Assembly: GCA_046075565.1 (NCBI GenBank) | Contig: JBJTQJ010000040.1 | Span: forward strand, 1 to 64,000 | Reading direction: 5' to 3' | DNA from: Verrucomicrobiales bacterium | GTDB lineage: Bacteria > Verrucomicrobiota > Verrucomicrobiia > Verrucomicrobiales > SLCJ01 | Length of the DNA stretch: 64,000 nucleotides | Part shown: in pieces, positions 1 to 8,157 of the stretch | Layout: the number at the start of each line of letters is the position of its first letter | How positions within the stretch are numbered: position 1 is the first letter of the stretch | Position numbers and translations under genes: made by a program | Notes under the pieces: generated by a model | The model's database searches: none | What the model was told of the DNA's origin: nothing | Seen by the model: the letters and a program-made list of their open reading frames with translations, nothing else

Positions 1-108
1 CCATGGGAGCAAGTCCAGGAGATCGACAAGATGATCGAGGCGAAAGGCAGGACGCCAGGTAATGAGGAAGAAGCAGAAGCGACTGCTACGGACGATGTTG
101 AATTCTGA
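1..108 (+). CDS. 3' end of a gene truncated by the window edge (…PWEQVQEIDKMIEAKGRTPGNEEEAEATATDDVEF*)
   Basis: Open frame from base 1 to TGA at 106-108 with a protein-like acidic tail; too short to identify. Confidence 0.45.
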   Translation, partial: PWEQVQEIDKMIEAKGRTPGNEEEAEATATDDVEF

Positions 109-127
109 GACTCCGAACCCGGACATG

Positions 128-222
128 AAAACCACGAATGAACACGAAGAAACACGAACAAGATCTGAGGATCATCTGCTAGTGGGCCTTCTCCTATAGA
201 ATTCGTGAGCATTCGTGCATCG
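128..222 (+). repeat. CACGAA-periodic dispersed repeat, copy 1, with a degenerate inverted arm at 201-222
   Basis: AAAACCACGAATGAACACGAAGAAACACGAACAA (128-161) matches the reverse complement of 63352-63385 at 31/34 positions; ATTCGTG..ATTCGTG at 201-217 is an inverted arm. Confidence 0.8.
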
Positions 223-259
223 ATTCTTTCCATAAGCGTTCAACTCGCCAACCCAGAAA

Positions 260-1852
260 ATGTCCGAAGAGAAACCCACCGGCTCGACGCGCAAGGCTAG
301 TTATCTGGTCGGCGCGGCCGTCATGATCAGCCGCGTGCTCGGGTTGCTGCGTGAAATCGTCTTCAGTTCGCTCTTCGGCGGCACGCGCGCCTACGAGTGT
401 TTTATCGCCGCCTATCGTTTGCCCAATTTGCTTCGTGACCTTTTCGCCGAAGGCGCGCTCAGCACGGCCTTCGTCACCACCTTCACGAAAACCCGCCAGC
501 AAAGCGGCCCCAAGGCGGCATGGGAACTCGCCAGCAAGATTATCACGCTCGCCATCATCTTCATGCTCGGAGTTTCGCTGCTCGGCATGCTCTTCGCCCC
601 GCAGCTCATGGCCTTTCTCACGAGCGGCTTCACTCCCGATGAACAGGCCTTCGCCGGTGGACTTGCCCGCGTGATGTTCCCCTTTATCCTGCTCATCTCG
701 CTGGCCGCGCTCGCCATGGGCATGCTCAACTCCTGCGGCGTCTTTTTCCTGCCCGCGCTGGCTTCGAGTTTCTGCAATCTCGGTTCAGTGATCGTCGGAT
801 TGCTCGTCGCGTGGTCCATCGATCCCTCGTGGGGACCGAAGGCGCTCGGTGGTATGGCCGTCGGCGTGCTCGCGGGAGGACTCCTGCAATGGCTTGTGCA
901 AGTCCCGGCTTTGCGCAAACAGGGTTTCCGCTTCCGGCCCGATTTCCGTTGGCGTGATCCGGGGGTGAAAAAAGTGCTCCAGCTCATGGGACCGGCCGTG
1001 CTGGCCGGCAGCGCCGTGCAAATCAATGTGATGGTCAACACCAGCTTCGCCTCCCATCTCGCGGAAGGCTCCATGGTCTGGTTGAACAACGCCTTCCGCC
1101 TCATGCAATTCCCCCTCGGTGTCTTCGGTGTCGCGGTCGGCACAGTCGCCTTGCCAGAATTGGCCCGCCGGGCTGCCAACCTCGGGGATGGCACGTTTGG
1201 GAAAACCATCGGGCAGGGCTTGCGCCTCGTCTTTTTTCTCAATCTTCCCAGCGCGGTCGGGCTCATCCTTCTCGCCGACCCGCTCATGGCCGTGCTTTAT
1301 GAACACGGGAAATTCGGAGCCCATGACCGGGCCATGGCCGCCATGGCATTGCAAGCCTACGCATTCGGGCTGATGGGCTACTCCGCGCTCAAGGTTCTGG
1401 CTCCCGCGTTTTATGCCATCGACAAACGCCACCTCCCGATGTTGGTCAGTTTTCTCTCCATCGCCATCAACGCGAGCCTCAACGCATGGTTCATCTTCGG
1501 ATTGAAACTCGGCCACAGTGCGTTGGCCGGTTGCACGGCCATCGTCGCCACCCTCAATTTCGCGCTCCTTTACCTCATCCTCCGCAAACAAACCGGCTCA
1601 CTCGATACCGGGCGCACGGCACGGGAAATGGCGCGCATCGCCCTCGCCATCTTGCCCATGGCCGCCATCTGCCACCTCGCGTGGAAGTTCTCCTCCGTCT
1701 GGTTCCTTCACGCCGCTCTTTTCCCGCAAGTCCTCTGGACCGGCGCGGTGGTCGTGGTGGCAGCCCTTTGTTATTTCGCCGCCGCCCGCATCTTCAAGGT
1801 TGAGGAAGCCACCATCGTGACCTCGGGGATCTTGCGGAGATTAAAACGGTAG
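260..1852 (+). CDS. murJ: Lipid II flippase MurJ (MviN)
   Basis: SRVLGLLRE, AYRLPNLLRDLFAEGALSTAF and RLMQFPLGVFG motifs; multi-TM, 530 aa. Confidence 0.96.
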   Translation: MSEEKPTGSTRKASYLVGAAVMISRVLGLLREIVFSSLFGGTRAYECFIAAYRLPNLLRDLFAEGALSTAFVTTFTKTRQQSGPKAAWELASKIITLAIIFMLGVSLLGMLFAPQLMAFLTSGFTPDEQAFAGGLARVMFPFILLISLAALAMGMLNSCGVFFLPALASSFCNLGSVIVGLLVAWSIDPSWGPKALGGMAVGVLAGGLLQWLVQVPALRKQGFRFRPDFRWRDPGVKKVLQLMGPAVLAGSAVQINVMVNTSFASHLAEGSMVWLNNAFRLMQFPLGVFGVAVGTVALPELARRAANLGDGTFGKTIGQGLRLVFFLNLPSAVGLILLADPLMAVLYEHGKFGAHDRAMAAMALQAYAFGLMGYSALKVLAPAFYAIDKRHLPMLVSFLSIAINASLNAWFIFGLKLGHSALAGCTAIVATLNFALLYLILRKQTGSLDTGRTAREMARIALAILPMAAICHLAWKFSSVWFLHAALFPQVLWTGAVVVVAALCYFAAARIFKVEEATIVTSGILRRLKR

Positions 1853-1919
1853 GACGTTGCCCGCTGGCATTCCATGCCCACGGTCTGGCGCAGTTCTTGC
1901 GTCTGGTGTCTCCTTAACC

Positions 1920-2756
1920 TCACTTTTTCTCCGCCGCTTCTTTCTCTTTCTTGGCGCGTTTGGCTTCTTCCCGCGCCTTGGCCGCCTCTGCGGCGGCGGC
2001 ACGGAGGGGTTCCCAAGAGGCCTTGGCTTTTTCCATTTCCTCCTTGTTCAATCCAAAGGCCTGAAGCACACCGGTGGCCATGAGCGCATTGCCTTCGGCA
2101 TTCATGTGCACGCCATCGCCGGTTAATACATTCACACCGGGTTTGTTAGCGGCTTTGATCGCCTCATGGAACATCACATTAAGATCGGCGAGGGGAAGGT
2201 TTTTCTCCTTGGCCAACGCGCGCAGGAATTCGTTGTATGGGACGATCTTCTGGTTGAGATTGCCTCCGAGATCTTCCTTGATCACGGTGGCGGTCAGGAT
2301 GACCGGCCGCACCCCGGCGGCGGCGGCCTGATCGACGATAGCAGTGATGTTTTTCTTGTAGGTGCCGCGCGCGGCCACCTTGTCGTCGTATTGGCCATTC
2401 GCGGCCATGGCATCATCGAGCGGCACACCACGCGGCCCGTGCCAGACATCGTTCACTCCGCAGCTCAGGGTCATCCATTGCGGTTTCTTGGAAAGCACGT
2501 CCTTGTCCAGACGGGCGAGCATCTGATCGGATTTGTGGCCGCTGATCCCGGCCGGCACCGCCTCCGCCTCGATGCCGTTCGCTTTCAATCCGGCCATGAC
2601 GAGTTTCACATAGCCATTCGGTTGGCCCCATCCGCCGGCGGTGATGGAATCGCCGAGGAAGGCGATTTTGTCTCCGGATTTGACGAGAATTTCCGCACTA
2701 GCCTGGTGAGGGCTGAAAATGGCGGCAGCGAGAACGAGGGAAGCGATGGTTTTCAT
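1920..2756 (-). CDS. Secreted SGNH/GDSL hydrolase
   Basis: Signal peptide MKTIASLVLAAAIF..; FLGDSIT, GISG, GVND and DGVH catalytic blocks. Start moved to ATG 2756. Confidence 0.9.
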   Translation of the reverse strand: MKTIASLVLAAAIFSPHQASAEILVKSGDKIAFLGDSITAGGWGQPNGYVKLVMAGLKANGIEAEAVPAGISGHKSDQMLARLDKDVLSKKPQWMTLSCGVNDVWHGPRGVPLDDAMAANGQYDDKVAARGTYKKNITAIVDQAAAAGVRPVILTATVIKEDLGGNLNQKIVPYNEFLRALAKEKNLPLADLNVMFHEAIKAANKPGVNVLTGDGVHMNAEGNALMATGVLQAFGLNKEEMEKAKASWEPLRAAAAEAAKAREEAKRAKKEKEAAEKK

Positions 2757-2913
2757 ATGGGTAGGATAGGTGATGGATTTACGCTGGGAAGGCGCGATTG
2801 ATTTCATCCCAAGTGCAGGTATCGCGCACGCGAGCACGAATCTCCACCCCGGCGGAGAGCAGCGATCCCTGGTTTGTCGAGCCTAGCAATCGGACATTCG
2901 CTTCTCCCGCGCC

Positions 2914-4170
2914 TCAGGGAAGCGAAGCCTCCGGAGCCTTCGGATAGGCGACGAGCCAGTTGCCGCAGTGGAATTTGTCGATGGTGATGGCATTGACGCC
3001 ATACACGGTGGAATGTTTCAGCGTCACGACCACGGCTTTCGGGGAGTCTCCCCAATTGACGAGCGGGGCGATATCGACACCGGCTTCCGTGCCGAGATCC
3101 AGAAGGGCCTGGCAAATGACCGGAGTGTAGGGACCAAGGCGCACATTCACGCAGATATGTCCGCAGGGGCTTTCCTGGTTTTCCCCGGAGAAAAAGTGGG
3201 CCCGCTCGATAAAAACGTAGGCACGCAGAGATTGCGACGCGGGGTCGGCGGCGAATTTCGGCAAATCGTTGGCCAATTGGAAACGAAGCGCATCGCCATT
3301 CACGCGGAAGCCTTTGTTCTCGTGGTTGGCCAAATGCAGGAGAATCTCGCGGTCCGGAGCTTCTTCCTGGGCGGCAGTGTTGGTTACGGCGACGTAGTAT
3401 TGGCTGATGCCTTCGCGGGGTCCATCAAACGCAATCACCGCTTTGTATTCGAGTTTGGGCATTCTGGAGAGAGCTCCGGTCTGCACGGCTTCGGCAAGTT
3501 TCGACTGCTCTTCAATTTGGCTGAAGAGCAAGGGCCCGCGATCCTGCGGTGTGGCGGCTTTGAAAAAGGAATCGAGTCGGCTCTGGAATTCACGGACCAT
3601 CGATTCCTGCAATTCGGGAGGTGTGGCGGTCGGGTCGGGCGGAGCGGGCGGCACGACATCCTCAACGGCCATGGCACCAGGCGTGGGAATCGCTGGAACT
3701 TGAGCTGGTGCTGGCTCGGGCGCGGGCGTTGGCGGAGCCTCGGGAGGAGGCGCTTCGATAACCGGAGGTTCAACTTCGGGAGCGGCAACAGGAGCCACGA
3801 CCTGTGGTGGTTTGACCGGTTCGGGTTTGGCCGGTGATGGTTTGACCGGCTCCGGGGCGGGAGGTTTATCGCGTTCGGGTTTGGCGGGTGCCGTCACTTC
3901 GCTTGCCGGCTTTTTCGGCAGCGGGGTCCGGTCGAAGAGAGGGCGAAAAAAATGCCATGCGGCCGCGCCCACGCCTCCGAGGATCAGGATGATAGCGAGG
4001 GCAGAGGCGAGCGGTGAGCCGGAACTGGATCGGGGTGGGTCGTAAAGCGGAACCGGCGCGGTATCAGAAGATGGCTGGCCCCATGGCATGGGTTTCTCCA
4101 CACGAGGCGGCGGCAGGGTGGTTTTCGTGGGCTCGGCCGGGGTGGCTGCTTGGGGCGGCGGGATTTCCAC
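2914..4170 (-). CDS. Pro-rich single-pass membrane protein of unknown function (start uncertain)
   Basis: One TM helix (LAIILILGGVGAAAW), long P/A/E-rich linker, globular C-terminal ~200 aa; follows pilT on the same strand. Confidence 0.75.
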   Translation of the reverse strand: MEIPPPQAATPAEPTKTTLPPPRVEKPMPWGQPSSDTAPVPLYDPPRSSSGSPLASALAIILILGGVGAAAWHFFRPLFDRTPLPKKPASEVTAPAKPERDKPPAPEPVKPSPAKPEPVKPPQVVAPVAAPEVEPPVIEAPPPEAPPTPAPEPAPAQVPAIPTPGAMAVEDVVPPAPPDPTATPPELQESMVREFQSRLDSFFKAATPQDRGPLLFSQIEEQSKLAEAVQTGALSRMPKLEYKAVIAFDGPREGISQYYVAVTNTAAQEEAPDREILLHLANHENKGFRVNGDALRFQLANDLPKFAADPASQSLRAYVFIERAHFFSGENQESPCGHICVNVRLGPYTPVICQALLDLGTEAGVDIAPLVNWGDSPKAVVVTLKHSTVYGVNAITIDKFHCGNWLVAYPKAPEASLP

Positions 4171-4219
4171 CGGAGCGGGAGCAGGTGATGGTGTCGGACA
4201 TGGTGTGGCTGCTGCTTTG

Positions 4220-5332
4220 TTATTTCTTCTCTTCCAGACCGCTGCCCGTGGCGTTGCCGAGGGCTTCGAGCTCTTTGGGGAGGAATTTCTTGAAGCGGGT
4301 CTTGTCGATGGCCTTCATGTAGGCTTCAACTGGAGAAACGAGACCCTCGCGGAGTTTGTCCCAGATCGCCTCGTCCATGAACTGCATGCCCTGGGCTTTG
4401 CCCGAGGTGATAACGTCGTAAAGTTTCTGGGTCGCGCCCTCGCGGATAATCGCGGCCACGGCGGGAGTGGAAACCATGATTTCGTTCACGGCCACCCGGC
4501 CTTTGCCATCGGCTTTTTTCATCAGCAACTGCGCCACGACTCCTTTGAGAGATGCGGCGAGCATGGTGCGGACCTGGCTTTGTTGATCAGAGGGGAAGAC
4601 GTCCACCAGACGGTCCACGGTTTTGCGGGCGTTGTTGGTGTGCAAGGTGCCGAAAACCAGCAGACCAGTTTCGGCGGCGGTGAGAGCGAGCGATACGGTT
4701 TCGAGGTCGCGCATCTCGCCGACCAACACAATATCGGAATCTTCCCGCAAAGAGGCACGGAGACCATCGGCGAAAGAAGGCGTCTGGATGGGCACTTCGC
4801 GCTGCGTGATGATACTGCGCTTGTTACGGTGAACGAACTCAATCGGTTCCTCGATGGTGACAATATGCCGTGAGAAATTCGTATTGATGTAATCGATGAG
4901 CGCGGCCAGCGTGGTCGACTTTCCGGAGCCCGTCGGACCAGTGACGAGCACCAGTCCGCTGCGCAAATGGCCGAATTCCTTGACGACCGTGGGAATGCCG
5001 AGTTGCTCCAGCGACGCGATATTGGTCGGAATCAATCGGAACACGGCCGCGAGTCCATTCCGTTGTTTCAGATAGTTGCAGCGGAAACGCGAGTCCTCGT
5101 CCATCTCGTAGGCAAAGTCGAGGTCGCCTGTATCGAGATATTTCTGGTAGGCATTCGGCTCGCAGATCTCCGAGAGCAAGGCCTGCATCTGGTTGTGGGT
5201 AAGCGGTTCACATCCCGGAATGGGATGGATACTGCCGTGGATGCGGACCTTGGGCGGCTGCCCCTCGCTGATGTGGAGGTCGGATCCCTTGGAATCAACC
5301 AGATGTTGGAAAAAAGTGTCGATGAGAGCCAT
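4220..5332 (-). CDS. pilT: PilT/PilU-family type IV pilus retraction ATPase (paralogue 2)
   Basis: SDLHI, Walker A GPTGSGKSTT, EEPIE, VGEMRD, GTLHT, AVAAIIRE (AIRNLIRE-like). Confidence 0.93.
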   Translation of the reverse strand: MALIDTFFQHLVDSKGSDLHISEGQPPKVRIHGSIHPIPGCEPLTHNQMQALLSEICEPNAYQKYLDTGDLDFAYEMDEDSRFRCNYLKQRNGLAAVFRLIPTNIASLEQLGIPTVVKEFGHLRSGLVLVTGPTGSGKSTTLAALIDYINTNFSRHIVTIEEPIEFVHRNKRSIITQREVPIQTPSFADGLRASLREDSDIVLVGEMRDLETVSLALTAAETGLLVFGTLHTNNARKTVDRLVDVFPSDQQSQVRTMLAASLKGVVAQLLMKKADGKGRVAVNEIMVSTPAVAAIIREGATQKLYDVITSGKAQGMQFMDEAIWDKLREGLVSPVEAYMKAIDKTRFKKFLPKELEALGNATGSGLEEKK

Positions 5333-5347
5333 GGAAATCTCGGGGGC

Positions 5348-6448
5348 TTAGCTCTTGAAGAAGCGCTGCATTTCGATTTTGTCCTCGGAACGGGCGAGGG
5401 TTTCATCCTGCGTGATGAGGCCCTGCATGTAAAGTTTCCGCAGGGCATCGTCCATCGTGACCATGCCCACATTCTTGCCGGTCTGCATGACACCGGGGAG
5501 CATGAAAGTTTTTCCCTCGCGAATGCAGTTGGCGACGGCGGGAGTATTAACCAGAACTTCGAGGGCGAGCACACGGCCATTGCCATCGGCGCGTGGGACG
5601 AGTTGTTGGGAGAGCACGCCGCGCAACGATTCGCTGACCATGATACGGATTTGCTCGCGTTGATCGACGGGAAACACGTCGAGCACACGGTCGAGCGTGC
5701 GGGCGGCGGAACCCGTGTGCAAGGTGCCGAGCACAAGGTGGCCGGTTTCGGCGGCGGTGATCGCGAGCTGGATGGTTTCGAGGTCGCGCATTTCCCCGAC
5801 CATGATCACATCCGGGTCTTCCCGCAATGCGCCGCGGAGGGCCTTGGCGAAAGAATCGGTGTGGGTATGCACTTCCCGCTGGTTCACGTGGCAGTTGCGG
5901 GAATCGAATACGTATTCAATGGGGTCTTCCAAGGTGATGATGTGATCTTCACGGTCGTCATTCACGAAGTCGACCAGCGAGGCAAGCGTGGTTGATTTTC
6001 CGGATCCGACGGCACCGGTGACGAGCACGAGTCCGTTGTGATATTGCGTGAGGGGTTTCACGTGCGACGGCAAGCCGAGTTCATCAATGGTGCGGATCTT
6101 GGTGCTGATGATGCGGAAGACCATGTCGTAGCCGAGACGCTGCTTGACCACGGATGCGCGGAAACGGCCGAACTGGGTCGTGTAGGCGAAATCGACGTCG
6201 CCGACCTTCTGCAGGCGGTCCCATTCCTTGTCGGCGAGGAAATTGCGGGCGAGGCGTTCCGTGTCGCGAGGGGTCAGGAGTCCGGCGTGGGCCCAAATCG
6301 GCTGGAGCAACCCATACCTGCGCCAGTGGGGTTGGGCACCCGTGGCGAGGTGGATGTCGGAGCAATCGTAGTCCTGACCGAGGTGCAGGTATTCATCCAC
6401 GTGCTCGAGCACGGGAACGTCTTCAACGCTGGGCGGATGTTCGTCCAT
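5348..6448 (-). CDS. pilT: PilT/PilU-family ATPase (paralogue 1)
   Basis: SDIHL, GAVGSGKSTT, EDPIE, LREDPDVIMVGEMRD, AETGHLVLGTLH, AVANCIRE. Confidence 0.93.
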   Translation of the reverse strand: MDEHPPSVEDVPVLEHVDEYLHLGQDYDCSDIHLATGAQPHWRRYGLLQPIWAHAGLLTPRDTERLARNFLADKEWDRLQKVGDVDFAYTTQFGRFRASVVKQRLGYDMVFRIISTKIRTIDELGLPSHVKPLTQYHNGLVLVTGAVGSGKSTTLASLVDFVNDDREDHIITLEDPIEYVFDSRNCHVNQREVHTHTDSFAKALRGALREDPDVIMVGEMRDLETIQLAITAAETGHLVLGTLHTGSAARTLDRVLDVFPVDQREQIRIMVSESLRGVLSQQLVPRADGNGRVLALEVLVNTPAVANCIREGKTFMLPGVMQTGKNVGMVTMDDALRKLYMQGLITQDETLARSEDKIEMQRFFKS

Positions 6449-6454
6449 GGAAAA

Positions 6455-6898
6455 TCAGGGTCGGGACAGGGGTCGCGGTATGCGGGGGCCGGAGGGTTTG
6501 TTGTTGACGCGCTCCCGAATGGTCCGGAGCAGGACTTCCTTGAGCACGGGCTTTAATAGGAAACCAGCCGAGGAAAGAAGCAACTTTTTTGCGACGCCAC
6601 CGCTGGAAAGTGGGGCCGGCGCCGCCGCCTTGCGGCGCGGACGAAAGAGGACGCGGGCAGCAATAAAACCGGCCGCCGCCAGACCCGCCGACCATGGGAG
6701 AGGGTGCCGCGCCAATTGCTCCGGCAAATCAACTGTCAGACCCCGGCGGACCCGCGCGGAAACATTACCTGCGTCCCGGAGAACGCGGGTGGCTTCGGTG
6801 AGTCCCGTTCTGGCAGCGGCGAGTTCCTCCGCCAGCTTCCTTTTCAGGTCGTGGGCGGATTCTTGGTCGAATCCTGGTTCTTGAGGCTTCGCATCCAT
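6455..6898 (-). CDS. YqjK-like small membrane-associated protein
   Basis: Helical N-terminus, HPLPWSAGLAAAGF hydrophobic segment; third gene after DUF883 and YqjE-like genes. Confidence 0.55.
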   Translation of the reverse strand: MDAKPQEPGFDQESAHDLKRKLAEELAAARTGLTEATRVLRDAGNVSARVRRGLTVDLPEQLARHPLPWSAGLAAAGFIAARVLFRPRRKAAAPAPLSSGGVAKKLLLSSAGFLLKPVLKEVLLRTIRERVNNKPSGPRIPRPLSRP

Positions 6899-7275
6899 TG
6901 CTCGTCGTTTTTCATTTGTTGGAGGGATTCACCGAAAAGCGGCTTGTCTCCCTTGCGGAGAGCGCCTCTCAGCAAGGGAATTGCCATGAAAAAATGACAG
7001 ACCGCCGCGATGATGGCGGCCATGGGCCAAGTACCGGGGCGGTAATGCTCGGCGACTCCGATCAGTCCGGCCAGCAGCAGGGCGTAGCCGAAAAACAGCA
7101 GAATCCCCGCCGTAATTCCGTAGCGCAAGCGCCGGGAAGTCACTTCCGCCGCCTCCGAAGCTTCGAGGCGCAACAGGGCCAGTCTGGCCCCCGCGTAGCG
7201 CGCGGCCTGGGTTTTGAAACCATCAATGGCCGCACGAATCCCCTGAGGACTGGCGGAAGTTTCTGGATCCGGCAT
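6844..7275 (-). CDS. YqjE-like / phage-holin-like two-TM protein
   Basis: RLALLRLEASE, two TM helices, F.ES.QQMKNDEQW tail typical of the family; start at MPDPETS. Confidence 0.75.
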   Translation of the reverse strand: MPDPETSASPQGIRAAIDGFKTQAARYAGARLALLRLEASEAAEVTSRRLRYGITAGILLFFGYALLLAGLIGVAEHYRPGTWPMAAIIAAVCHFFMAIPLLRGALRKGDKPLFGESLQQMKNDEQWMRSLKNQDSTKNPPTT

Positions 7276-7342
7276 GGGAAGTCGTGGGGAAATCCCCGTC
7301 ACACGGGAAAAAGCTCCGGCGGCGGGCTGCGGAAATCCAACG

Positions 7343-7723
7343 TTAGCGGCGGAAGATCAATCCGAGCACAAACCCGACTCCCAATGCCGCGAGCACAGCT
7401 TTGGCGGGATTTTCACGGACATAAGCTTCCCCTTGTTCCTGCCAGTCCTTGGCGTATGTGCGGGCGCTTTGCCATTGCTGGTTGGCATACTCGCGGGCCC
7501 GGACGGCGCGTTCCTCGGCGGTCTCGCGCAGTTTTTTCGTTGTCTCCGCGGCGGTTTCACGGAACCGGGCGGCGCTCTGGCCCGCCGCTTCCCTGAGTTG
7601 CTGGGCTTTCAACGCCGCGGCCGCCTTGAGTTCCTCGGCCGCCTGCAGAGCGTGGGACTTCGAGGACTGCAAAAAATCGGTGGTTTCGGTTCCTGGCACG
7701 GCTGGAATGGTTTCTTCGTTCAT
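7343..7723 (-). CDS. DUF883 (YqjD/ElaB) family tail-anchored protein
   Basis: C-terminal YVRENPAKAVLAALGVGFVLGLIFRR signature; coiled Ala/Glu-rich body. Confidence 0.9.
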   Translation of the reverse strand: MNEETIPAVPGTETTDFLQSSKSHALQAAEELKAAAALKAQQLREAAGQSAARFRETAAETTKKLRETAEERAVRAREYANQQWQSARTYAKDWQEQGEAYVRENPAKAVLAALGVGFVLGLIFRR

Positions 7724-7839
7724 ATTGATTACCTTTCGGATATTGCGGGCGCGGCACCATGCCGAACCCAATCTATTTGCGATGTTGTCATGTTCGGCCC
7801 GGAAATGCAAGGATCCTCTCCGTTTTTTGCGCGATTCCA

Positions 7840-8082
7840 TCAAAGTTTTTTCTCTTCCGGGGCCGGATCGGCAAATCCAGCGATCCTCGCGTGGTCGAAA
7901 TCATAGGGTGAGAGTTCCCCGATGACGGCGGTTCCGGTAGCCAACGAGCGGAGAGCGGCGGGCGCTTTCCGCTCCAAATGGGCGACAACCTGTTTCCCAT
8001 TTGGCAAACGGGCACTATAGTGCCGATCCGAGAGGGCGGCTTCGATGATCATCCGGGCTCGGACGGGGACTTCGCGGGGCAT
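7840..8082 (-). CDS. Divergent translation initiation factor IF-1-like protein
   Basis: LPNGKQVVAHL and ELSPYDFDHARI align with IF-1 LENGH.VLAH and ELSPYDLT.GRI; the central SGKMR..IRI motif is absent. Confidence 0.75.
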   Translation of the reverse strand: MPREVPVRARMIIEAALSDRHYSARLPNGKQVVAHLERKAPAALRSLATGTAVIGELSPYDFDHARIAGFADPAPEEKKL

Positions 8083-8157
8083 TTCGTGACAATCGCGCGA
8101 TTTTTCGAAAAATCCTCGCCAATTTCGCACATTCTCTGCTAAGGATTTTCCCCGAGA

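Noticed and set aside
2760-2913. Riboswitch or ncRNA in the gap upstream of the SGNH hydrolase (also the 15620-15940 gap)
   Set aside because: Only short generic hairpins and no recognisable conserved riboswitch or tRNA motifs; an Infernal/Rfam scan would be needed to exclude them.
6844-7275. Phage holin indicating a lysis cassette
   Set aside because: The context is the DUF883-YqjE cellular module, with no endolysin or phage genes.
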